Source: an uncultured Chloroflexia bacterium
GTDB lineage: Bacteria > Chloroflexota > Limnocylindria > Limnocylindrales > CSP1-4
Assembly: GCA_963713095.1 (NCBI GenBank)
Contig: CAVQKK010000001.1
Span: 338,054 to 402,053 of the forward strand
Direction: 5' to 3'
Length of the DNA: 64,000 nt
The notes under the pieces are model-generated. The model made no database searches. It was not told the DNA's origin and worked only from the letters and a program-made list of their open reading frames with translations. Both the position numbers and the translations under genes were made by a program. This document shows, piece after piece, positions 40,224 to 49,495 of the stretch; the first letter of the stretch is position 1, and each line of letters opens with the position of its first letter.

Positions 40224-40781
40224 ATGATCAGCACCGGCGAGCTGCACAAGGGCGTCGTCATCGAGCTTGACGGCGACCTGTGGCAGATCCTCGACTACCA
40301 CCACATCAAGATGGGCCGCGGATCCGCCCAGGTCCGGATCAAGCTGCGCAACGTCAAGAAGGGAAGCACGGTCGAAAGGTCGTTTCAGGCGGGCGACCGG
40401 TGGCCGCGCGCCCAGCTCGACCGCCGGCCCGTCCAGTTCCTGTACCGGGACGGTGACGACTTCCATTTCATGGAGGCCGAGTCGTACGAGCAGTTCACGC
40501 TGAGCGCGGACCAGCTCGAGGACGCCGTGGGCTTCCTCAAGGACAGCATGATGCTCGACCGGACCAGCTACCAGGGCGAGACGCTGGGCGTCGAGCTGCC
40601 GGTGACGGTGGACCTGGTGGTCGCCGAGACGGAGCCCGGCTACGCCGGCGACACGGCGGCGGGCGCGCGCAAGAGCGCGACCATGGAGACCGGTCTCGTG
40701 GTGACGGTGCCGCTGTTCGTCAACGCCGGCGACACGCTGCGCATCGACACCCGCACGGGCGAGTACCAGACGCGCGTCTAG
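40224..40781 (+). CDS. efp: Elongation factor P
   Basis: HIKMGRGSAQVR loop (Arg at tip), FLYRDG, GDTA, METGLVVTVPLFV, IDTRTGEY. Confidence 0.97.
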   Translation: MISTGELHKGVVIELDGDLWQILDYHHIKMGRGSAQVRIKLRNVKKGSTVERSFQAGDRWPRAQLDRRPVQFLYRDGDDFHFMEAESYEQFTLSADQLEDAVGFLKDSMMLDRTSYQGETLGVELPVTVDLVVAETEPGYAGDTAAGARKSATMETGLVVTVPLFVNAGDTLRIDTRTGEYQTRV

Positions 40782-40784
40782 GCG

Positions 40785-40832
40785 ATGGCGAGGCGTCCGG
40801 TCTCCGACGCGCGGCAGCCAAGCGCCGGCTGA
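40785..40832 (+). CDS. Putative 15-aa bridging micro-ORF MARRPVSDARQPSAG
   Basis: ATG 3 nt after the efp stop; its TGA overlaps the xseA ATG (TGATG). Confidence 0.3.
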   Translation: MARRPVSDARQPSAG

Positions 40833-42340
40833 TGTCCCGTCGCGACCCGCTCGACGCAAGGCTCCCGGGCTGGGACGCGGTCGACGAAACTGGCTCGACG
40901 CAGGAAGGCGGCGCGGTCCATGAGGGCGGCGCAGTCCATGAGGCGGGCACGGGTTGGAGCCGCCAGCCGGTACCGCCCGGCACGTTCGGCCTCAGGGTTC
41001 GCTCCGTCTCCGAGGTCAGCCGCGCGATCCGCGAGCGTGTCCGGGCCGATGACGGCCTCCGGGACCTGTGGGTCGAGGGCGAGGTCGGCCGGGTGACTGT
41101 GTCGGCTGCGGGTCATGCTTACTTCACGCTCAAGGATGCGCGGGCCCAGCTCCAGTGCGTCTGGTTCCGGGACGAGCGGGCACGCTCGCCGTTCCAGCCC
41201 CGGACGGGCCTCCAGGTGGTGGCCCACGGGCGGGTGGACGTGTTCGAGCCCCAGGGCGCGCTCCAGCTGTATGTGGACTCGCTCCAGCCGTGGGGATTCG
41301 GCGATCTCGCCATCCGCTTCGAGCAGCTGAAGGCGAGGCTGGCAGCCGAGGGGCTGTTCGAGGCGGCCCGCAAGCGAGCCCTGCCCGCCCGACCCCGCGC
41401 GATCGCCGTCGTCACCTCGCCGTCGGGTGCAGTCTGGCGCGACGTGTGCAACGTGCTCGCTCGTCGCTGGCCGCTCACGCGCGTCGTGCTCGTCGCATGC
41501 CAGGTCCAGGGCGAGGGTGCGCCCGCCAGCATCGTGGCGGCCTTCCGCCGGCTCGAACGGTGGGTCGCCACGCTCGACGGCGGGGCAGGGGATACTGGCC
41601 CGCTCGGCGGTGGGCCGGCGGTTGCCGCTCCGCCCGAGCTCACCATCCTCGCTCGAGGCGGGGGCTCGCTCGAGGATCTGTGGTCGTTCAACGACGAGCG
41701 CGTGGTGCGAGCGATCGCCGCGCATCCGTTGCCGGTGGTCTGCGGCGTCGGGCACGAGACGGACGTCACGCTGGCCGACTTCGTGGCGGACGTGCGAGCC
41801 CCCACGCCGTCGGCGGCGGCTGAGCTCGTCGTGCCGGACCGGGTCGAGGTTGCGGCGCTCCTCGTCGGACTCGGCAGCCGTGGAGGCATTTCGGTCGCGG
41901 CCAGGGTCGGTGCGGCGGGCCGTGGCCTGGCCGCCGAGCGCCGGCTGCTGGACCGGCTCGAGCCGCGCGCCCAGCTTGCGGCCTCGCGCGAGCGTGCGGG
42001 CCTGCTGCTCGATCGAGCCGCACGAGCGGTGACGGACCGGCTGGCCGCGGGGGTCGCCGGCCAGGAGCGCCTGGGCGCCCGGATGGCCCCGGTCGTTGAA
42101 GCGCGGCTGAGCGGTGCTCGCACGGGTCTCGCGGCGGCGACCGCCTCGTTGGTGGCGCTGGCGCCCGAAGCCACCCTGCGGCGCGGCTACGCAATCGCGC
42201 GGCGGACCGCGGACGGCGCGATCCTGCGCGATCCGTCGGACGCGCCAGCCGGGACGTCACTGGACGTCACGCTTTGGCACGGGACGCTCGGCGCAACGAG
42301 CGACGGGCGGCGCTCGTCCGACGAGCCAGGGCGGTCATGA
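40832..42340 (+). CDS. xseA: Exodeoxyribonuclease VII large subunit
   Basis: WVEGEV, GHAYFTLKD, VVTSPSGA, VQGEGA, ARGGGSLEDLWSFNDE, GVGHETD, PTPSAAAE. Confidence 0.95.
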   Translation: MSRRDPLDARLPGWDAVDETGSTQEGGAVHEGGAVHEAGTGWSRQPVPPGTFGLRVRSVSEVSRAIRERVRADDGLRDLWVEGEVGRVTVSAAGHAYFTLKDARAQLQCVWFRDERARSPFQPRTGLQVVAHGRVDVFEPQGALQLYVDSLQPWGFGDLAIRFEQLKARLAAEGLFEAARKRALPARPRAIAVVTSPSGAVWRDVCNVLARRWPLTRVVLVACQVQGEGAPASIVAAFRRLERWVATLDGGAGDTGPLGGGPAVAAPPELTILARGGGSLEDLWSFNDERVVRAIAAHPLPVVCGVGHETDVTLADFVADVRAPTPSAAAELVVPDRVEVAALLVGLGSRGGISVAARVGAAGRGLAAERRLLDRLEPRAQLAASRERAGLLLDRAARAVTDRLAAGVAGQERLGARMAPVVEARLSGARTGLAAATASLVALAPEATLRRGYAIARRTADGAILRDPSDAPAGTSLDVTLWHGTLGATSDGRRSSDEPGRS

Positions 42341-42489
42341 TCGGGCTGTTCTCGGTCGTCGAGGCGACCATGGCGAGCGTGCTCGGGCGGGCCGCCAAAG
42401 GCCGCCGGCAGCTTCGTCGCTATGATCGTCGCCAGCCGCCCGAGCACTGGGCCGGCGAACCGGCGGCAAGCCAGGAGGACCACCGTTGA
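42337..42489 (+). CDS. Putative 50-aa protein between xseA and xseB
   Basis: ATGA overlap with the xseA stop and TTGA overlap with the xseB start; hydrophobic N-terminus then basic patch. Confidence 0.5.
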   Translation: MIGLFSVVEATMASVLGRAAKGRRQLRRYDRRQPPEHWAGEPAASQEDHR

Positions 42490-42773
42490 CGGACACCGAC
42501 CGGGCGCCGCTCCCCGAGGACGTGGAGGCGCTCGCGTTCGATGAGGCGTTCGCCGAGCTGCAGCGGGTCGTGGGCGCGCTCGAGGCGGGCGGGCAGTCGC
42601 TCGAGGTGACGATCACGCAGTACGAGCGTGCGGTCGCCCTCCAGCGCCGGTGCGAACGGCTCCTGGCCCAGGCCGAGCTCCGGGTCCAGCAGCTGATGAC
42701 CCAGCCGGGTGGCGCCCTGGCCACGGTGGATGTGCGTCCGGAGGACGCCAGCGACGAGGCGGGCGACGCCTGA
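42486..42773 (+). CDS. xseB: Exodeoxyribonuclease VII small subunit
   Basis: FDEAFAELQRVVGALE, LEVTITQYERA, CERLLAQAELRV; GGAGGA SD before TTG. Confidence 0.92.
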   Translation: MTDTDRAPLPEDVEALAFDEAFAELQRVVGALEAGGQSLEVTITQYERAVALQRRCERLLAQAELRVQQLMTQPGGALATVDVRPEDASDEAGDA

Positions 42774-42805
42774 TGATCGTGCTACCATCCGGTATCCAAT
42801 AACCC

Positions 42806-44953
42806 ATGCCGAGCCAGGAGCGTCCGAGCGCCGTGCCGATCCTCGATCGCCTGCAGGGACCCGCCGATCTTCGTGGACTGTCGGAGATCGAGCTCGAGCA
42901 GCTGGCGTCCGAGATCCGCGAGACGATCATCCGCACCGTGGCGGTGACCGGTGGCCATCTGGGCTCGTCGCTGGGCGTGGTCGAGATCACGCTCGCCCTG
43001 CACCGCCTGCTCGAGTCGCCCCGGGACCGCATCGTCTGGGACACGGGGCATCAGGCATACGCGCACAAGCTGCTCACGGGGCGCCTGGAGCGCTTCCACA
43101 CGCTGCGCCAGATCGACGGCATCGGTGGCTTTCCACGCCGATCCGAGTCGCCCCATGACGTGTTCGACGGCGGCCATGCGGGCACGGGCCTGTCCATCGC
43201 CGAGGGGCTCGCCACGGCGCGGGACCTGCGCCACTCGCTGGAGCGAATCGCCGTGGTCGTGGGCGATGCCGCGCTGCTGTCGGGCCTGTCGCTCGAGGCC
43301 CTCAACGACATCGGTCACCGCCAGAGCCAGCTGCTGATCGTGCTCAACGACAACGAGATGTCGATCAGCCCGTCCGTCGGCGCGCTGTCAAAGTACCTCT
43401 CGGAGATCAAGCTGTCGGTGGCCTGGCGCCAGGGCAAGACGGCCTGGGACAGCGCGACGGAGCAGATCCCGTTCGTGGGTCCGAGGTTGCTGGAGCTGTC
43501 TCGCCGGTTCCGCCAGTCGGTCGTCTCGTTCGCACAGCCCGGGCAGCTGTTCGAGGACCTGGGCATCACCTACATCGGAGTCATGCCCGGCCATGACCTG
43601 CGCCTGCTCGAGGAGACGTTCCGCCGGGCGCTGGCGCTCGACGGTCCGGTGATCGTGCACGTGCGCACCCACAAGGGGAAGGGCTACCGCCCGGCCGAGA
43701 CGGATCAGGTGTCGTTCCACGGCGCGGCGCTGCCACCCATCCGGGTCCCCGACACCGATGGTCACGATCAGCTGCCAGGGAGGCTGCCGGCCAACGGGGA
43801 CAGCATGGCGTCTGCGGCCGCCGGCGGGTCGGCGATCACGCTCGGTCGGGGCGCGGAGGATGGCGCCCCGCCGTCGGCGTCGGTCATGGCCGACCGGCGG
43901 ACGCCGGTGCGCAGCAGCGAGGGCGACGCGGAGCCGCCCGCAGCCCACGCCCCGGGGCCGGAACGCACGCCGAACTACACGGCATTCTTCGCGCAGGAGC
44001 TGGTCGACCTCGCGTCCAGGGACCGGCGGATCGTGGCGATCACCGCGGGCATGCCCACCGGGACCGGGCTCGCGCGGTTCCAGGCTGCGTATCCCGACCG
44101 GTTCATCGACGTCGGGATCGCCGAGCAGCATGCGGTGACCCTGGCCACCGGCCTCGCCCTGGGCGGCATGCGGCCCGTGGTCGCGCTGTACTCGACGTTC
44201 CTCCAGCGTGCCTTCGACCAGACCGTCCACGACGTGTGTCAGAACGACGCCCCGGTGGTCCTTGCGGTCGACCGGGCCGGCCTGGTCGGGGAGGACGGCA
44301 CGAGCCATCAGGGCATGTTCACGCTCCCGGCACAGCGGATGCTGCCCAATCTGGTCATCGCCAGCCCGAGAGACGAGCAGGAGCTGCGGTCGCTGCTGCG
44401 AACGGGCCTCGGGCAGGACCATCCATTCGCGCTCCACTATCCACGCGACGCCGGGTTCGGCGTGCCGGAGCGGGAGCCGGAATACTTGCCGATCGGCCGC
44501 GGGGAGGTGCTCCGCGAAGGGGAGGACCTGCTGTTCGTCGGCTTCGGGCCGATCACGCGCCGCGCCGTCGAGGTCGCCGATGCCCTGGGCTCGCGTGGCT
44601 GGTCGGTGGGCGTCATCAACGCCCGGTTCGCGAAACCGCTCGACCGCCAGCTGATCCTGGAGCACGCGCGCGGCAAGCGGCTGGTGGTGACGTTCGAGGA
44701 GAGCGTGGTGAGCGGCGGCTTCGGGAGCGCCGTGCTCGAGGCGTTCGAGGAGGCGCGACTCGCCGATCCTGCGTACCGTGCCGTTTCGCTCCGGCTGATC
44801 GGGATCCCGGGCGACCGGTTCGTCGACCACGGCTCGGTGGCGGACCTGCGGCGGCTGACCCAGCTCGACGTGCCCGGCCTGACCGCGCAGGTGGACGAGG
44901 CGATCACGCAGCTGGGGATCGAGAAACCGGCCGTCCGAAGCGAGTCTCGCTGA
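42806..44953 (+). CDS. dxs: 1-deoxy-D-xylulose-5-phosphate synthase
   Basis: GGHLGSSLG, WDTGHQAY, GDAA...NDN TPP motif, DVGIAEQH, YSTFLQRA, DRAGLVGEDG. Confidence 0.97.
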   Translation: MPSQERPSAVPILDRLQGPADLRGLSEIELEQLASEIRETIIRTVAVTGGHLGSSLGVVEITLALHRLLESPRDRIVWDTGHQAYAHKLLTGRLERFHTLRQIDGIGGFPRRSESPHDVFDGGHAGTGLSIAEGLATARDLRHSLERIAVVVGDAALLSGLSLEALNDIGHRQSQLLIVLNDNEMSISPSVGALSKYLSEIKLSVAWRQGKTAWDSATEQIPFVGPRLLELSRRFRQSVVSFAQPGQLFEDLGITYIGVMPGHDLRLLEETFRRALALDGPVIVHVRTHKGKGYRPAETDQVSFHGAALPPIRVPDTDGHDQLPGRLPANGDSMASAAAGGSAITLGRGAEDGAPPSASVMADRRTPVRSSEGDAEPPAAHAPGPERTPNYTAFFAQELVDLASRDRRIVAITAGMPTGTGLARFQAAYPDRFIDVGIAEQHAVTLATGLALGGMRPVVALYSTFLQRAFDQTVHDVCQNDAPVVLAVDRAGLVGEDGTSHQGMFTLPAQRMLPNLVIASPRDEQELRSLLRTGLGQDHPFALHYPRDAGFGVPEREPEYLPIGRGEVLREGEDLLFVGFGPITRRAVEVADALGSRGWSVGVINARFAKPLDRQLILEHARGKRLVVTFEESVVSGGFGSAVLEAFEEARLADPAYRAVSLRLIGIPGDRFVDHGSVADLRRLTQLDVPGLTAQVDEAITQLGIEKPAVRSESR

Positions 44954-45027
44954 CCGACGACCGGGGGGCATCCGCAGCCTGTGCCGCGGGTTGATCCGGG
45001 TGAAGCGACGTGTGCCACGATAGCGCC

Positions 45028-45852
45028 ATGCCGACCGCCCACCCGCGACGCCTGCGTCTCGACCAGCTCCTCGTGGACCGGGGGCTCGCCGACTCCCGCA
45101 GCCGGGCCCAGGCGCTCGTGCTGGCCGGCCAGGTCCGCGTGGGAGATGGTGACGCCGCGCGAGGGGACCTCAAGGCGGGCGACCTGATCGCCCGCGACAC
45201 GCCGGTCGCGGTGGCAGCCGGACGTGAATGGGTGAGCCGCGGTGCCCACAAGCTCCTGGCTGCGCTCGATGCGTTCGGGGTGGATCCGGCGGGGCTCGTG
45301 GGTCTGGACGTCGGCGCTTCGACCGGCGGCTTCAGCGAGGTCCTGCTGGCGCGGGGTGCGGGCCGGGTCTATGCGGTCGATGTCGGGCGTGGCCAGCTGG
45401 CGCGCCGGCTGCAGCTCGACCCGCGGGTGGTGTCGATGGAGCGCGTGAATGCGCGCACCCTTGACGCCTCGGCCCTGCCCGAGCCGGCCGATCTGGCGGT
45501 GATCGACGTCTCGTTCATCTCGCTCGCGCTCGTGCTCGGCCCTGTGCGCTCCGTGCTGCGGGACGGCCGGGGGCCGATCATCGCCCTGGTCAAGCCGCAG
45601 TTCGAGGCCGGACGCGCGGATGCGCGCGGGGGGGTCGTGCGCGATCGCGCGGTCCATCGTCGGGTGCTCGGGGAGGTGGTGGCCACCGCCGCGTCGCTGG
45701 GCCTCGGGACGCGCGCGGTCATCGCCTCGCCGATCCGGGGCGCCGAGGGCAACCGCGAGTTCCTCGTGCACCTCCAGGCCGGCCCGTCGTGTGCCGAGAT
45801 CGACGACCGGATCGAGGAGGCGGTCGCGAGCGCCTGGGAGGATGCCGGATGA
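45028..45852 (+). CDS. tlyA: TlyA rRNA 2'-O-methyltransferase
   Basis: S4 RLDQLLV, WVSRGAHKL, DVGASTGGF, DVSFISL, LVKPQFE, GNREF. Confidence 0.95.
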   Translation: MPTAHPRRLRLDQLLVDRGLADSRSRAQALVLAGQVRVGDGDAARGDLKAGDLIARDTPVAVAAGREWVSRGAHKLLAALDAFGVDPAGLVGLDVGASTGGFSEVLLARGAGRVYAVDVGRGQLARRLQLDPRVVSMERVNARTLDASALPEPADLAVIDVSFISLALVLGPVRSVLRDGRGPIIALVKPQFEAGRADARGGVVRDRAVHRRVLGEVVATAASLGLGTRAVIASPIRGAEGNREFLVHLQAGPSCAEIDDRIEEAVASAWEDAG

Positions 45853-46691
45853 CCGTCCGCCGGATCGGCTTCGCCTACAACCCGACCATCGAGCAGGCGA
45901 TCGAGCTTCGGGAGCGCGCTGCCGGCTGGTGCCGGATGCGCGGCATCGACCAGTGGGCCGCCGCCGCCGGCGACACGGAGGCGCTCAAGACCGAGCTGCC
46001 GACCACCGACGCCTTGGTCGTGCTGGGCGGCGACGGCACGTTCCTGCGCGCCATCCAGGCCGTGGTCGAGGTGGACGTGCCGATCCTCGGGCTCAACGTG
46101 GGCAAGGTGGGCTTCCTTTCGAAGGCCGAGGCGCACGAGCTCGAGACGATGCTCGAGAAGCTGCGTTCGGGCTCGTTTGCGATCAAGGAGCGGATGGCCC
46201 TGTCGGGAGCCGTGCTGCCGGCGGGCCGCCCAGCGGCGAGCAGCTTCACGGCGCTCAACGACATCGTCATCGCTCGCGGGTCGCTCGCCCGCGTGGTCCG
46301 GATCGCCGTGTCCATCGACGAATCGCACCTGGCCACGTTCGTCGCGGACGGCCTGATCGTGGCCAGCCCCACCGGCTCGACCGGGTACTCGTTCTCGGCC
46401 GGTGGCCCGATCCTTGATCCGCAGAGCCGGAACCTGGTGGTGACCCCGATCGCCGGCTACCTGTCCGCGATCCGCTCGGTCGTCGTCTCGCCGCGCCAGG
46501 TGGTGCGCTGCCGGGTGCTGGACGCACACGAGGCGCTGGTCTCGATCGACGGCCGCGAGGATCGCAGGATCGAGGTGGGCGACGTGGTCGAGGTGCGCGC
46601 CCTCGAGCGGCCGGTGCGCTTCCTGGAGCCGGCCGGCAGCCAGCCGTTCTGGGATCTGCTGCGGACCAAGGTCGAGCTGCTGCCGTTCTGA
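45849..46691 (+). CDS. nadK: NAD(+) kinase
   Basis: LGGDGTFL, GKVGFL, ALND, DGLIVASPTGSTGYSFSAGG. Confidence 0.96.
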   Translation: MTVRRIGFAYNPTIEQAIELRERAAGWCRMRGIDQWAAAAGDTEALKTELPTTDALVVLGGDGTFLRAIQAVVEVDVPILGLNVGKVGFLSKAEAHELETMLEKLRSGSFAIKERMALSGAVLPAGRPAASSFTALNDIVIARGSLARVVRIAVSIDESHLATFVADGLIVASPTGSTGYSFSAGGPILDPQSRNLVVTPIAGYLSAIRSVVVSPRQVVRCRVLDAHEALVSIDGREDRRIEVGDVVEVRALERPVRFLEPAGSQPFWDLLRTKVELLPF

Positions 46692-46693
46692 CG

Positions 46694-46711
46694 ATGGCGA
46701 CCGATCCGTGA
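46694..46711 (+). CDS. Putative 5-aa bridging micro-ORF MATDP
   Basis: ATG 2 nt after the nadK stop; its TGA overlaps the recN GTG (GTGA). Confidence 0.3.
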   Translation: MATDP

Positions 46712-48462
46712 CGAGTGCCGCACGAGCCCGGGCGATGACGACACGGCCGGACCCCGACCGCGCCGGACGGCTGCTCGAGCTGGCCGTTGCCGATCTGGCG
46801 CTGATCGATCGCCTGCGGCTCGTGCTCGGGCCGGGGTTGAGCGTGCTGACCGGTGAGACCGGGGCGGGCAAGAGCCTGCTGATCGACGCGCTGGGGCTGG
46901 CGCTCGGAGCGCGCGCGGACACGACGCTGGTCCGGCACGGGGCGGACGGCGCGCGTGTCGAGGCGCTGTTCGATCGGGCTCCCGAACCCTTGATCGCGGT
47001 GCGCGAGGTGGCCGCCTCGGGACGATCGACCGCGCGCCTCGACGACGAGACGGTCACGGCCGGCCGGCTGGCGACCACGGTGGGTCCGCTGGTCGAGATC
47101 CACGGGCAGCATGATCAGCAGCGGCTGCTGGACGAGGACTGGCAGCGCGATCTGCTGGACGCATTCGGGCGCCACGAGGCGGCGCGGGAGGCCGTGGCAG
47201 TCGCGGTGGAGGGCTGGCGTGCGAACCGTGCGGCGTTGGCCGAGCTCTCGATCGCTCCGCGCGAGCTCATCCGGCGGCTCGAGATGCTGGAGCACGAGGC
47301 AACCGAGATCGCCGGCGCTTCGCTGCGGGCCGGCGAGGCAGCCGAGATCACGCGTGCGCTCGCGGCGGCCCAGCACGCCGAGACCATCGCGTCGGGCGCG
47401 GCGACGGCCCGGGAGGTGCTCATCGGTGAAGGGCGTGGTGCCCGCGAGCGGGTAGGGGAGGCAGTACAGGAGATGCGGGGTCTCGCCCGGCTCGACGAAC
47501 GATGGGCGCCGCTGGCGGATCGGCTGGCGGGTCTCGAGGCCGAGCTCGAGGACGTGGCGTCAGAGATGCGGACCCTGGCCGAGACGGTCGACCACGACCC
47601 GACGTCGCTCGTCCGGCTGGAGAGCCGACTGGGCGAGATCCACCGCCTGCTTCGTCGCTACGGGGATGACGAGGCGGCGGTCATCGCCCACGGCGAGCGC
47701 GCCGTCGAGGAGGCGGAACGGTTGCGCGGGCTGGACGAGGAGCGCGCCGTGCGCGCCGCCGAGGATGCGCGGCTGCTGGCCGAGGTGGGGGAGGTCGCGG
47801 CGACGCTGTCGATCCGGCGCACGGAGACGGCCGCAGCGCTCGGTCGCGCGGTCGCGGCGGTGCTCGTGGAGCTGGGCTTTCCGGCCGATACGTTCGAGGT
47901 TGCGGTGGGGCGCCGTCCGGCCGCCCGGGACGACCCGGCGGTCGAGGTCGACGGGGACGCGGTCGCGTTCGACCCATCCGGGATCGACGCCGTCGTGTTC
48001 ACGTTCCGCCCGAACCCCGGCGAGCCGGCCCGGCCGCTGGCCCGCATCGCGTCGGGTGGCGAGCTGTCGCGCGTCGCCCTGGCCGTGAAGCAGGTGCTCG
48101 CCGAGGCCGACGCGACGCCGACGCTCGTGTTCGACGAGATCGACTCGGGGATCGGCGGCCGCAGTGCCGATCCGGTGGGGCGCAGCCTGTGGACGCTGGC
48201 GAGGAACCACCAGGTGGTGTGTGTCACCCACCTGCCGCAGATTGCCGCCTATGCGGACGCGCACTACCGGATCGCGAAGCTCGAGCGCGGTGGGCGGACG
48301 GTGACCGAGGTCGTGGAGCTGGACAGGGTCGAGCGCGAGGTCGAGCTGGCCGAGATGATCGGGGGCGCAGTCGGAGGGGTGGCCGCCACGCAATCGGCCC
48401 GTGAGCTGCTCGACCGCGCGGAGACCTGGCGCGGCACGAGGCTGGCCGACGCGAGAGCCTGA
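46708..48462 (+). CDS. recN: DNA repair protein RecN
   Basis: TGETGAGKS, IHGQH, ASGGELSR, FDEIDSGIGG, VTHLPQ; alternative start ATG 46735. Confidence 0.96.
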   Translation: MTSAARARAMTTRPDPDRAGRLLELAVADLALIDRLRLVLGPGLSVLTGETGAGKSLLIDALGLALGARADTTLVRHGADGARVEALFDRAPEPLIAVREVAASGRSTARLDDETVTAGRLATTVGPLVEIHGQHDQQRLLDEDWQRDLLDAFGRHEAAREAVAVAVEGWRANRAALAELSIAPRELIRRLEMLEHEATEIAGASLRAGEAAEITRALAAAQHAETIASGAATAREVLIGEGRGARERVGEAVQEMRGLARLDERWAPLADRLAGLEAELEDVASEMRTLAETVDHDPTSLVRLESRLGEIHRLLRRYGDDEAAVIAHGERAVEEAERLRGLDEERAVRAAEDARLLAEVGEVAATLSIRRTETAAALGRAVAAVLVELGFPADTFEVAVGRRPAARDDPAVEVDGDAVAFDPSGIDAVVFTFRPNPGEPARPLARIASGGELSRVALAVKQVLAEADATPTLVFDEIDSGIGGRSADPVGRSLWTLARNHQVVCVTHLPQIAAYADAHYRIAKLERGGRTVTEVVELDRVEREVELAEMIGGAVGGVAATQSARELLDRAETWRGTRLADARA

Positions 48463-48482
48463 GCGCCGACCCTCGACGGAGG

Positions 48483-49478
48483 GTGACAATCAGCGTCGTG
48501 GGCACGAACCTGGACGGCACGATCGAGGACTACCTCTCGTACCTGCGCGTCGAGCGCGGTGTCGCGGACGCCACGATCCGCGCCTATCGCTCGGATCTCT
48601 CCGATTTCGCCATGAGCCGCGGCGCCGCCTCGCGATGGGCGGCGGGTCCCGAGACCGCCCAGCGGTATCTCGCCGCGCGGGCGCGTCGGGGCCGGCCGCG
48701 GGATCCGGGTCTCGCGCCCACGAGCCTGCGGCGCCGGGCGGCGGCCATCCGCGGCTTCTACCGGTTCGCGTACGGGGAAGGGGCGATCGACGTCGATGTC
48801 GCCGCACACCTCGACCTGCCACGCCAGCCGCGGCTGCTGCCCGAGACGCTCACGGTGGACGAGGTGACCCGGCTGCTCGAGGCGGCGGGCGGCGCCGCCG
48901 CGGAGGCGCCGAGTGACGGTGACGGCGGCTCATCGGTCCCAACCGCTGAACCCGAGGCAACGGCGATCCGCAATCGGGCGCTGCTCGAGCTGCTGTACGC
49001 GGCCGGGCTACGCGTGTCCGAGGCGCTGGATCTCGATCTTGGGGACATGTCGCTCGATGGCGCCTGGGTACGGGTGATCGGCAAGGGCGATCGGGAGCGC
49101 GTCGTCCCGGTCGGCGAGGTCGCGATCGAGTGGCTGGCCCGCTACCTCACCTGGCCGAGGCCGCAGTGGCTCGCGGCGGGGACGGCACCGGACGCCCCGG
49201 CGGAGCCAGTGTTCGTGACCGCGCGTGGCGGCAGGCTCGGCCGCCAGCAGGCGTGGGGGATCGTCAAGACGGCCGCCGCCGCGGCCGGCCTCAGCGACCG
49301 CGTCTCGCCCCACACGCTGCGCCACTCGTTCGCGACCCATCTCCTGGAGGGTGGAGCTGACCTGCGCGTCGTCCAGGAGCTCCTCGGACATGCGAGTATC
49401 TCCACCACACAGTTGTACACGCATCTGACCGGTGAGCGGATCCGCGAGGTGTACGCCCGCGCCCACCCGCGTGCCTAG
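48483..49478 (+). CDS. xerD: Tyrosine recombinase, XerD type
   Basis: LRVERG..TIRAYRSDL, GLRVSE, GKGDRER, HTLRHSFATHLL, TTQLYTH; synteny near scpAB. Confidence 0.88.
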   Translation: MTISVVGTNLDGTIEDYLSYLRVERGVADATIRAYRSDLSDFAMSRGAASRWAAGPETAQRYLAARARRGRPRDPGLAPTSLRRRAAAIRGFYRFAYGEGAIDVDVAAHLDLPRQPRLLPETLTVDEVTRLLEAAGGAAAEAPSDGDGGSSVPTAEPEATAIRNRALLELLYAAGLRVSEALDLDLGDMSLDGAWVRVIGKGDRERVVPVGEVAIEWLARYLTWPRPQWLAAGTAPDAPAEPVFVTARGGRLGRQQAWGIVKTAAAAAGLSDRVSPHTLRHSFATHLLEGGADLRVVQELLGHASISTTQLYTHLTGERIREVYARAHPRA

Positions 49479-49495
49479 GGAGGTCGTTCGGGACG

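Noticed and set aside
40904-40945. 18-bp in-frame repeat (EGGAVH x2) in the xseA N-terminal extension
   Set aside because: Ordinary slippage in a disordered tail with no functional signal
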